Shown here piece by piece: positions 19,315-27,809 of a stretch of 64,000 bases of DNA. Each line of letters starts with the position of its first letter. Position 1 is the stretch's first letter. The position numbers and the translations under genes were made by a program. The notes beneath the pieces were generated by a model. It saw only the letters and a list, made by a program, of their open reading frames with translations, was not told where the DNA came from and ran no database searches. This DNA is from an uncultured candidate division Zixibacteria bacterium (lineage in GTDB: Bacteria > Zixibacteria > MSB-5A5 > GN15 > PGXB01), in assembly GCA_963702205.1 (NCBI GenBank), contig OY969724.1:2400001-2464000 (forward strand). The letters are read 5' to 3'.

Positions 19315-20925
19315 TTAAAAAAGGTCTGTCTGATCTTTTTCTCGGACTAATTGACTGGCTTTTTTAAGAGTGTCTTTAGTATCGGGCAATTCCGGCAAAT
19401 GTCCTTTAAAGAGGTCCGCGACTGTGACTATCTGAAGGGCGGGAAACTCACGGTCATGTCCAGGCATTTTCCACTTGCCAAGAATGGTTGCCTCTTTTTG
19501 CATTCCCTTTGTCGGTGGATTTAGCGCTATTAACAATCCGAGAGGCGCCTTTTCCCTTGCCATTACTCTTGCCAAAGCCCTTACGTCACGTGGTTGATAT
19601 TTGCCACCCTTGACTTCAATTATAATTTTATGATATTTTTTCTCATAATCTTGGAAATACAAAAAGCCATCTATCCCGGTATCTCCCCCACCGGTGCTTT
19701 TATATGGTTGGCCACCGATAAATGAAACCGCCCAACTTTCAAACTGAAATGGTGATTGTTTAAATAACTCTTCAGCATCGTCCGATGATTTCGGCTCTCC
19801 AACAATATTAAATTTACAATCTGAAAAATGTTCGCGGATTCTCTTTTTTATCAATGCAACGGCCAAATATGTTATGTCAATCCCTATCCATTTCCGCCGT
19901 AATTTTTCTGCCGCCGCGATTGTTGTGCCGCATCCACAAAAAGGATCCAAGACAATGTCACCTTCTTCAGATGACGCTTTTATTATCCTTTCCAATAACG
20001 CTACAGGCTTTTGAGTTGGGTAACCTAATGTCTCAGCATGCGAGCCATGCAGATGTTCTATGTCATCCCAAATGTCAGTGACTATTGCACCTTCCATTTC
20101 ATCCAAATATCTCTTATAGGCAACAACCTTGCCTTTCCGCGGTAACACAACGCGGCCTTCTTTCCAAGCTTTTGACATCCGATCTTTTGTCCAGCGCCAA
20201 ACCCTGATGGTTCCACTACCGGGCGGAAATTCGTACGTTAAATTAGGTCTGTTTTTATTTGGATTAGCCAAATTGTCTAATCTATATTTTCTACCCGTCT
20301 TTTCCTCAATATACTTATAGAATTTTCCTACATATTCAGGATCATGCGGTTTAAATTGAGTATTGAATTTGGCAGATTTTTCTTTCGCGTAAAATAGAAT
20401 AACATCGTGCGAGCTTGGAAATCTCGTATATGCGTGACCTTTAGGTTGAGTTCGTTTCCATATTATTTCATTCTTAAACGTCTTAATTCCGAATACCTGA
20501 TCAAGCAGAATTTTTAAATAATGACTGGCAGTAGGATCGCAATGCAAGTAAAGGCATCCCGTATTCTTTAAAACACGGTGCAATTCGAATAAGCGAATAG
20601 CCATCATGGTTATGTAAGCCATCATTTCCGATTCACCCATATATTCCCTAAACGCCTTTATCATATCCTTCAATTCAGGTGGGTATTCACCAGACATTAT
20701 TTCATCAAAGGCAGCCTGAGTCTCATTGCTCCATTGCCAAGTGTCTTCAAATGCCTGAATTTGGGCCGCCGCTCGCTTGCCGGTCTTGTCTTTGAAAATG
20801 ACATTATAAGCCCTATTAGAGTTAAAAGGCGGATCAAGATAGATTAAATCAACTGATTGATCTGCAATATGATTGCGAAGTATGTATAAATTATCTCCGA
20901 AATATAGATTGTTAGTATCGCCCAT
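19315..20925 (-). CDS. Beta-class amino DNA methyltransferase fused to C-terminal Mrr-like PD-(D/E)xK nuclease domain
   Basis: DLIYLDPPF precedes YPTQKP..LLERII and LDPFCGCGTT; C-terminal FQFESW...DTGIDG...IEVK. Confidence 0.88.
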   Translation of the reverse strand: MGDTNNLYFGDNLYILRNHIADQSVDLIYLDPPFNSNRAYNVIFKDKTGKRAAAQIQAFEDTWQWSNETQAAFDEIMSGEYPPELKDMIKAFREYMGESEMMAYITMMAIRLFELHRVLKNTGCLYLHCDPTASHYLKILLDQVFGIKTFKNEIIWKRTQPKGHAYTRFPSSHDVILFYAKEKSAKFNTQFKPHDPEYVGKFYKYIEEKTGRKYRLDNLANPNKNRPNLTYEFPPGSGTIRVWRWTKDRMSKAWKEGRVVLPRKGKVVAYKRYLDEMEGAIVTDIWDDIEHLHGSHAETLGYPTQKPVALLERIIKASSEEGDIVLDPFCGCGTTIAAAEKLRRKWIGIDITYLAVALIKKRIREHFSDCKFNIVGEPKSSDDAEELFKQSPFQFESWAVSFIGGQPYKSTGGGDTGIDGFLYFQDYEKKYHKIIIEVKGGKYQPRDVRALARVMAREKAPLGLLIALNPPTKGMQKEATILGKWKMPGHDREFPALQIVTVADLFKGHLPELPDTKDTLKKASQLVREKDQTDLF

Positions 20926-21098
20926 CTAACATCACCGGTTTGAATTTAATTAAAGCAGTATATTCGCGAATATAAATGTATGCAAGAAAAAATGTCTGAT
21001 TACGCGAGAAACCAAAAATCATCTTTTTGGCGAATTTAATCGGCAATTTTAGTGAAAATGAAGATGGCGAAGGCACAGAGGTTTTGATCCACAAAAAC

Positions 21099-21992
21099 TC
21101 AATCAGTTATATTATTGTCCGCATCCGAAGGCTGTGGCAATGCCACCAATTCGGGCTTTTCACTGTTTAATAAATCTAACTGGGGGGATAATTCTTTAAG
21201 TCGCATTGCAACATTGCATATAGCACTTTTTGCTATATCAAAAGTCCTAAAAGCGTCGTGCATCTCAAGGAATACATTAGGATGCATAACTGGATTTCGT
21301 GATAAATCCCGGACATGGTCTAATATGTCTAATACTTTTGGGTCTTCTTTTTTTTCTCTAAGGTTTGCAATGCACACGCCAAGGGCCGGACAATCGTCAG
21401 TGTCAGCTTTTTTTAAAGCCAATCTCCAGTATCTTTTTATGATTGACTCGGTGGCACGTAAGGCATGAAACCCTGAGGCCGTAGGTAATTCAAATGATAG
21501 GCATCGACCCGCTTGTTGGAAATCTTTACGTTCTTGCTCATTGATAAAGGATCTACAATCTTCTGGAAGACTTTCAAGCAAGGCATTTTCTGCTCGCTCT
21601 GTAAGTTCAGGAGTTGAATAAATACCTTTTTGGGAAACAAGATAGGTGTCAAGGCCCGGCAAATCATTCGCCACTACAACTTCAAAGTTTTTTACTGCAT
21701 CTTTTATTGCGTGAATCTGATACACAGCGAGTTTTTTGCCGGTGATTTCGGAGGCTATGTCTTTGGATTCTACATCCACGACCTTGCGAATTTCCTCATA
21801 TAGCGTTTGAGCGGCCCTTCGTGATGATGGTGGCAAAATTCCGTAGGGCCCAAAATGTCGTTGTAATGTAAATGTGGCTTGCCAGATAACCCATAACGAG
21901 TTCATGAGGTCATGCTCAACAGCCGGTATCGCCATCAATTCATGAATTTCAATTGCTAATTTGTAAAGCGAATATGTATTAAATCTTTGCAT
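21099..21992 (-). CDS. HEPN-like (DUF4145-like) helical protein
   Basis: DFQQAGRCL...TASGFHALRATE helix and Rx4H motif RNPVMH. Confidence 0.62.
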   Translation of the reverse strand: MQRFNTYSLYKLAIEIHELMAIPAVEHDLMNSLWVIWQATFTLQRHFGPYGILPPSSRRAAQTLYEEIRKVVDVESKDIASEITGKKLAVYQIHAIKDAVKNFEVVVANDLPGLDTYLVSQKGIYSTPELTERAENALLESLPEDCRSFINEQERKDFQQAGRCLSFELPTASGFHALRATESIIKRYWRLALKKADTDDCPALGVCIANLREKKEDPKVLDILDHVRDLSRNPVMHPNVFLEMHDAFRTFDIAKSAICNVAMRLKELSPQLDLLNSEKPELVALPQPSDADNNITD

Positions 21993-22228
21993 TGGTAATA
22001 GATGGCCCTCAGGCGCCCCGATATTATACTTTCCTTATTTCCAAACATAATTCAAATTACACAAAATATCAATGGATATATGAGATACAAATATATCAGT
22101 TTGGTATAAAAACTGCAGATTGACCCATTACCCATACACCAAAATCCCCTCCAACTTAATATTGATTTCGTGTGGCGGGGTGTTATAGAGGTCTATAGGT
22201 ATGGTTAAAAAGTGTCATATCCGTTGTT

Positions 22229-22351
22229 GTGCGAGGCACATCCTTCAAAAGATCAGGAGGCCTGTCTACATGTGCCCGAGCGTTTGGATATAACGGTACC
22301 CTGGGGCAGACCCTTCAAAGTTCAGGACACGCGAGGGCGTCTGCCGCCCAC
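22229..22351. repeat. REP doublet (REPIN-like), right inverted copy with loop insertions
   Basis: Reverse complement reads GTGGGCGGCAGA...TCTGCCCC-N14-TCCAAACGCTCGGGCACATGTAGACA...GTGCCTCGCAC. Confidence 0.72.
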
Positions 22352-22540
22352 TTGTCGGGCACTTTACGCGGGGTGGATCGGGGAGGAAAATAAAAACATG
22401 GTACGACCAAAGCCAATTTCTTGTAAGGTATATCGTGGCATTTGATTATCTGTGCCAAAACGGGCCGCAAATGGGGTGATTTTCGGGGTGAAAAATACAA
22501 GGTTGGTAGTGAAATTGTCGGGCGTTTGGGGCGGAATATC

Positions 22541-22567
22541 GTCAAGCCCCAAGTGGGCTTGACCTAC
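22541..22567 (-). repeat. GTAG-type REP
   Basis: Minus strand GTAG-GTCAAGCCCAC-TT-GGGGCTTGAC. Confidence 0.7.
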
Positions 22568-22582
22568 GAAGACTAATAAACC

Positions 22583-22934
22583 AAGATGGATTCCCGATCA
22601 GGTCGGGAATGACATTGGAAGTGATTTCAGGCAATTGTGCACAATCGAGCCGGCCACCCGTTGGGTGGGTTACAAGATTTGAAAGAAAAAGATGGATTCC
22701 CGATCAGGTCGGGAATGACATTTGAAGTGATTTCAGGCAATTGTGCGCAATCGAGCCGGCCACCCGTTGGGTGGGTTACAAGATTTGAAAGAAAAAGATG
22801 GATTCCCGATCAGGTCGGGAATGACATTGGAAGTGATTTCAGGCAATTGTGCACAATCGAGCCGGCCACCCGTTGGGTGGGTTACAAGATTTGAAAGAAA
22901 AAGATGGATTCCCGATCAGGTCGGGAATGACATT
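22583..22934 (+). repeat. 106-bp tandem repeat (3.3 copies) built from two palindromes
   Basis: Units start at 22583, 22689, 22795 and 22901. Each has ATTCCCGATCAGGTCGGGAAT; the three full units also have CCACCCGTTGGGTGGGTTACAAG. Confidence 0.95.
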
Positions 22935-23068
22935 GAAGGGGGATTCGGGAATGACATTGAAGGGGGATTCGGGAATGACATTGAAGGGGGATTCGGGAAT
23001 GACATTGTGGGGGGTTCGTGAAGGACATTGATGGGGGGGAAGGACATTGGAAGGGGGCGGGAAGGACA
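22921..23068 (+). repeat. 24-bp tandem repeat decaying rightwards
   Basis: TCGGGAATGACATTGAAGGGGGAT at 22921, 22945 and 22969, then progressively degenerate copies. Confidence 0.9.
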
Positions 23069-23173
23069 GGGAACATTCGTATTGGTGTCATTGTTTTTGA
23101 TGCATTATCAAGGTATGTGAACTTTCGGGAGGTCTGTAAGACAACGGCTTTTTCCAACGAAAGGGAACATAAG

Positions 23174-23614
23174 ATGAAAAGCACAATAAGCGAAGAAATC
23201 AGAATCGGGCAGGTGGGGGTCCATTTCCTGCTCGAAGGCGAAGCCTCCGGCGGCTCGGTAGCCGTCTTTGACTTCGATGTCCCGGCAGGGGCAAAGGTCC
23301 CCGCCGCCCACAGTCACGACGGTTATGAAGAAACAATCTATGGACTCGAAGGCATATTAACATGGACGGTCGACGGGGAAAAGATCGATGTCGGACCGGG
23401 TGAGGTGCTTTGTATTCCTCGCGGGGCGGTGCACCGCTTCGATAACGTCTATTCCGACGATGCGAAAATGCTGGCCATCGTCAGCCCCGGGATACTCGGC
23501 TCCGATTATTTCAGCGAGTGTGCGGAGATTGTAAACGCCGCGGCGGGTGGTCCGCCGGATCTTGTGGCGCTCGGTGAAGTGATGCGCCGGCACGGGCTGA
23601 CACCGGCACCGTAG
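23174..23614 (+). CDS. Cupin domain protein
   Basis: PAAHSHDGYEETIYGLEG...IPRGAVHRFDN. Confidence 0.9.
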   Translation: MKSTISEEIRIGQVGVHFLLEGEASGGSVAVFDFDVPAGAKVPAAHSHDGYEETIYGLEGILTWTVDGEKIDVGPGEVLCIPRGAVHRFDNVYSDDAKMLAIVSPGILGSDYFSECAEIVNAAAGGPPDLVALGEVMRRHGLTPAP

Positions 23615-23664
23615 TTTCTATCACAGGGCGGCGTATTCGCCCGGGTGGGGCAGCCGGAAGAACG

Positions 23665-23738
23665 AAGATGGATTCCCGATCAGGTTGAGATTGACATTGA
23701 TGGGAAATGGAAACCGTCAGGAAGGGGTTCCTGACGGC
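23665..23738 (+). repeat. Composite palindromic repeat (copy also at 24343..24416)
   Basis: AAGATGGATTCCCGATCAGG...GACATTGATGGGAAATGGAAACCGTCAGGAAGGGGTTCCTGACGGC. Confidence 0.85.
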
Positions 23739-23857
23739 TCGCAAAGATGGCAGGACCGCGTCGCAAGGCTTGGGTCTTGCCCTGCGAAGGCTGGGTGATT
23801 ACGATGCGGCGCCGGTATATGTCCGCAGCCAACCACCCGTTGGGTGGGTTACAGGAT

Positions 23858-24202
23858 TTACTGTTGTTTGACTATGTCAACCGATATCTCTACCGCCGGG
23901 ATGGTGCCTCTGTTCTCAAGCCAGTGCAGGGTGTTTTTGTCCTCGGACCAGCCAAGTCCCGGACCGTATTCTTTAGACACGCCGTCCCGATGGTCGGTGA
24001 TCGTTCCCTGCAATATATAGACGAGACCCGGCCGGTCTTTATGGTCGTGAATGGGGCCGAAGACGCCGCCCGGTTCGATGGTGACCATACGCATCCGAAA
24101 CTGACGCCCGTCCATGCCCTCGATTTCAGCACCAAGGTCAATTGTCGCCAGCAGCTTCACGCCAACGCCTTTCGTCTCGGGCGCCGCCTGTTTGTTTGTC
24201 AT
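23858..24202 (-). CDS. Cupin domain protein
   Basis: AAGGAG RBS, then MTNKQ...TIEPGG..GPIHDHKDRPGLVYILQG...HWLENRG. Confidence 0.88.
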   Translation of the reverse strand: MTNKQAAPETKGVGVKLLATIDLGAEIEGMDGRQFRMRMVTIEPGGVFGPIHDHKDRPGLVYILQGTITDHRDGVSKEYGPGLGWSEDKNTLHWLENRGTIPAVEISVDIVKQQ

Positions 24203-24294
24203 CGCGTTCTCCTTTTTGTACGTCGCGGTTTGCAGCGGACGCTTTGGGATATTGTAACAAAATGGGTGAAGAGCCGGTTCCTTACGGAGGTGCA

Positions 24295-24484
24295 TAATCG
24301 TAGCCGACCACCCGTTGGGTGGGTTACAGGATTTGAAGGAAAAAGATGGATTCCCGATCAGGTCGGGAAGGACATTGATGGGAAATGGAAACCATCAGGA
24401 AGGGGTTCCTGACGGCGCATAAAAGTAGCTCCATCCATGGGTGCGCAATCGAGCCGGCCACCCGTTGGGTTGGTTACAAGATTT
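24295..24484 (+). repeat. Cluster of REP-like palindromes
   Basis: CCACCCGTTGGGT-type copies at 24308 and 24458; composite repeat at 24343. Confidence 0.85.
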
Positions 24485-24702
24485 ACAATGGCCCGGGACG
24501 ACATTAAACGAACAATCGCTGATGCGGTGCGCATTATAGCGGGATATGTGGAATAGTGGTAAAACTAAATTTCACAAACCGGTTGACAAAACGTCTTATA
24601 AATGATTAATTCAGAACTTAATCCGGGATCGGCGTCGGCTTAAACGGCCCAGTACCGGTGAGATAGAAAAAAGAGTTGTGTGTATATATTGAGGGCGAGG
24701 TA

Positions 24703-25338
24703 ATGAACAAAAAATCTGCGCTTTTGGCATTGTTGCTATTGCTGGCTCTGGCGCTTTCCGCGTTTTCTCAGGATGATGAAGAAAAATGGCGAAACTTCGA
24801 AGTCGTGGCCTCCGGCGGCTTGTCCGTGCCAACGGGGACTCTGTCCGACTGGAACGACACGCTCGGCGCGAAGACCGGTTTCAATTTCGGACTGGCCGGC
24901 GCGTATTATTTCACGGAAAAAATTTGCGCCGGGACGTATTTGGACTATACGCAGTTCAACATCAAAGACTATACTTTGAGCTATCGTCTGTATGACGGGG
25001 GATTGTACGGCAAATATTGTTTTACGGGTGAATCGAATTTTGAACCGTATGTCAAGCTCAGCGGCGGCGTGGTCTGGCCCAAATTCGCCACGTGGATCGG
25101 GGACGACAAGAATGTATTGAGAGAGCTGTCCTACGATCCGGTTATGAATTTCGGGCTTTATATCGGCACTCTGTATTACACCTCCGAAAACGGGAGCATT
25201 TTTCTCGAACTGGGTTACCACTACGATCAACTGAAGGATTCAAATAGCGAGTATGCCAGTACGAAACATAGTCTCATGGACAATGTCAATTATATAAATG
25301 TGCGTATCGGACTGAACGTATTTTTCGGCCCGGAATAA
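24703..25338 (+). CDS. Outer membrane beta-barrel protein
   Basis: Signal peptide; alternating aromatic beta-strands; C-terminal INVRIGLNVFF; GAGG RBS. Confidence 0.75.
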   Translation: MNKKSALLALLLLLALALSAFSQDDEEKWRNFEVVASGGLSVPTGTLSDWNDTLGAKTGFNFGLAGAYYFTEKICAGTYLDYTQFNIKDYTLSYRLYDGGLYGKYCFTGESNFEPYVKLSGGVVWPKFATWIGDDKNVLRELSYDPVMNFGLYIGTLYYTSENGSIFLELGYHYDQLKDSNSEYASTKHSLMDNVNYINVRIGLNVFFGPE

Positions 25339-25360
25339 GAACGCAGGCCTTTCAGATTTC

Positions 25361-25391
25361 AATGCCCTTTCTTTGGAGAGGGCATTTTTTT
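25361..25391 (+). terminator. Intrinsic terminator
   Basis: AATGCCCTTTC-N4-GAGAGGGCATT followed by a T run. Confidence 0.8.
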
Positions 25392-25428
25392 ATGGCTAAC
25401 GTTGCGATTTGCCGCTATTTTGTCCGTC

Positions 25429-26775
25429 ATGAATCCGGTCAAGCTGCTCATAGTCGACGACGAAACCGCCCAGCGCCAGATGCTGGCGGGTTATCTGGCC
25501 AAGAAGAATTTCGAGATCGTCCAGGCCGGTTCCGGCGAAGAAGCTTTGAAACTCTATGCATCGTTTCTGGCACCAGTCGCGGTAGTCGATATGAAAATGC
25601 CGGGGATGAACGGGATCGAACTGATCGGTCATCTCAAGGAGCTCAATCCGTTCGTGCAGATAATCGTGCTGACCGCTTTCGGTTCGGTCGAAACGGCGGT
25701 CGATGCCATGAAAGCCGGGGCGTGCCACTATCAGACTAAACCGGTCGAGCTCGAGGAGCTGCTGATTAACCTCAACAAAGCGGCCGATCAGCACCGGATG
25801 ATTCTCGACAACCAGCTGCTCAACGAGACGGTGGTCGAACGGTTCGGCAGCGGGGAGATTATCGGGCAGTCGGCGTCGATCAAGAAGGCAATCGAACTGA
25901 TCAACCTGGCCGCGCCGGGCGACACGACTGTGCTGATAACGGGAGCCTCGGGGACCGGCAAAGAACTGGCGGCGCGAGCGCTTCACGCGTTGTCGTCGCG
26001 CAAAGACGGTCGGTTTGTGCCGGTAAATTGCGCCGCCATCCCGGAGAACCTTCTGGAATCGGAACTGTTCGGACATGAAAAGGGAGCATTCACGGGGGCG
26101 ATCAAACGTAGATTAGGCAAGTTCGAAATCGCCGACGGCGGGACGCTTTTTCTGGATGAAATCGGCGATATGCCGCCGACCATGCAGGCCAAGCTGCTGC
26201 GAGTTCTCGAAGACAAGAAAGTGGAGCGGTTGGGGTCAGAAGACAGTGTCTCGCTCAATGTCCGTGTAATTGCGGCCACCAACCGCGACCTCAAGCAGTG
26301 GATCGGCGAAGGCAAGTTTCGGGAAGATTTGTACTATCGGATCAATGTCGTTACGATTGAAATGCCACCGCTCTCGGACCGACCGGGCGACATATTAATT
26401 TTGGCGGAAAGATTCCTGAAGGATTTTGCGTCGCGTTTGGGCAAGAAGATTTCAGGATTTACGTCATCGGCCGCCGCAGCATTGAATGCTTATCCGTGGC
26501 CGGGCAACGTCCGTGAGCTTCAGAACGTGGTGGAGCGGGCCGTGGTTTTGTGCCGGGGTGACGTGATCGATACGAAAGAGCTTCCGGGTTTGACTTCATC
26601 CGCCGAAGGGGCGGTCGAAAATACAGTAAAACTGGCCGATCTTGAAAGCCGCCATATTCGCCGTATGCTGGAAAGAATGGACTGGAATCTGGGCCAGACG
26701 GCCGAAGTGCTGGGGATACATCGCAATACACTTAGGTCCAAGATCAAAGAATACGGTCTCGAAAAAAGCGCCTAA
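25429..26775 (+). CDS. NtrC-family sigma54-dependent response regulator (REC-AAA-HTH)
   Basis: IVDDE, DMKMPG, GASGTGKE, GAFTGA, FLDEIG, WPGNVREL, LGIHRNTL. Confidence 0.95.
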   Translation: MNPVKLLIVDDETAQRQMLAGYLAKKNFEIVQAGSGEEALKLYASFLAPVAVVDMKMPGMNGIELIGHLKELNPFVQIIVLTAFGSVETAVDAMKAGACHYQTKPVELEELLINLNKAADQHRMILDNQLLNETVVERFGSGEIIGQSASIKKAIELINLAAPGDTTVLITGASGTGKELAARALHALSSRKDGRFVPVNCAAIPENLLESELFGHEKGAFTGAIKRRLGKFEIADGGTLFLDEIGDMPPTMQAKLLRVLEDKKVERLGSEDSVSLNVRVIAATNRDLKQWIGEGKFREDLYYRINVVTIEMPPLSDRPGDILILAERFLKDFASRLGKKISGFTSSAAAALNAYPWPGNVRELQNVVERAVVLCRGDVIDTKELPGLTSSAEGAVENTVKLADLESRHIRRMLERMDWNLGQTAEVLGIHRNTLRSKIKEYGLEKSA

Positions 26776-26869
26776 ATCGGTGCGCTGTCCCATCCGTTTG
26801 AACATTTTTTGTGCCCATTAGAATCCTGCCTGACGGCATATCATGTTGTTTTACATGCGTTTACTTAAT

Positions 26870-26885
26870 TGGCATGTCTTTTGAT
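26870..26885 (+). promoter_or_regulatory. Putative sigma54 promoter
   Basis: TGGCAT-N5-TTGAT; -24 GG intact, -12 is GA instead of GC. Confidence 0.5.
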
Positions 26886-26913
26886 ATGTATAATAGGCAA
26901 AAAGGAGAGAAAT

Positions 26914-27789
26914 ATGAAAAAGATTATAATTTTAGTCGCTTCCGTGATGGTTCTGGGCTTACTGTTCGGATGTGATAATAATAACGACAAGATAGTCGTG
27001 ACCGATTATGGCACCCCGCAGCGGCCTCAAAATGTGTTTTCGATTACCGGCGACGGCCAGGTTCGCCTGTTCTGGCTGCCGGTGGAATACGATAACCTGC
27101 AATTCTATAGAATCTGGAGAAACACCGACGGAGGCGATCAATATTATCTGTATGATACGGTATTGTCGTACTTTGATATCAGCGTCTATGAAGATTACAC
27201 CGATTATAATGTCACCAACGGTCAGACGTATTGGTATGCGGTTACGGCGTACGGTATGGACGGCGAGGAATCGGAGTTGTCGTACGAACTGGTTTACGAT
27301 ACTCCCCGTCCGGAAGGAACCGGTTTGGTGCTGACCGATACGGCGACGGTGGCGGCGACCTCCGGATTTGATTTAAGCACGCGGAATATATTACTCTGGA
27401 ACAATGCCGAGACCGATATTTTTGTCGACTATGATGCGGGGCTGGAAACGTACTTTTTGAATGCGGCCAGATCGGATGTTTATATACAGGATATGGGTTT
27501 TACCCAGGATTTGGATGAAATTTCGTTTGCTCCCGATACGGGTTGGTCGTATGTCGGCTGGCAGGAGATAATCGAGGGTCATACCTTTGTTATCTGGGCC
27601 GATCATCATTACGCGAAGATGCGGGTCGACTATGCCGATTATAACGATGGCTGGGTGGAGTTCGAATGGGCTTATCAGATCGATGCGGATAATCCGCAAC
27701 TGGCTCCTCCGCCCCCGCCACAGGATATAAATTACGGTAAGCGGTTGCTTACGTCGGAAAATAACGACCAGCCATCGGCGGGTCTATAA
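26914..27789 (+). CDS. Lipoprotein with fibronectin type III-like domain
   Basis: AAGGAG RBS; lipobox LFGC; FN3-like TGDGQVRLFW...YRIWR...YWYAVTAY...ES. Confidence 0.75.
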   Translation: MKKIIILVASVMVLGLLFGCDNNNDKIVVTDYGTPQRPQNVFSITGDGQVRLFWLPVEYDNLQFYRIWRNTDGGDQYYLYDTVLSYFDISVYEDYTDYNVTNGQTYWYAVTAYGMDGEESELSYELVYDTPRPEGTGLVLTDTATVAATSGFDLSTRNILLWNNAETDIFVDYDAGLETYFLNAARSDVYIQDMGFTQDLDEISFAPDTGWSYVGWQEIIEGHTFVIWADHHYAKMRVDYADYNDGWVEFEWAYQIDADNPQLAPPPPPQDINYGKRLLTSENNDQPSAGL

Positions 27790-27809
27790 ATAAGAAGGGA
27801 GTACAAGTC

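Noticed and set aside
22583..23068. CRISPR array
   Set aside because: The sequences between palindromes are near-identical rather than unique spacers, and no cas genes are present.
22637..23184. Short ORFs across the repeat array
   Set aside because: They are translations of tandem repeats in several frames, with no RBS.
23600..24484. Integron attC cassettes
   Set aside because: No RYYYAAC...GTTRRRY sites of attC length and no integrase in the window; the palindromes are REP-like.
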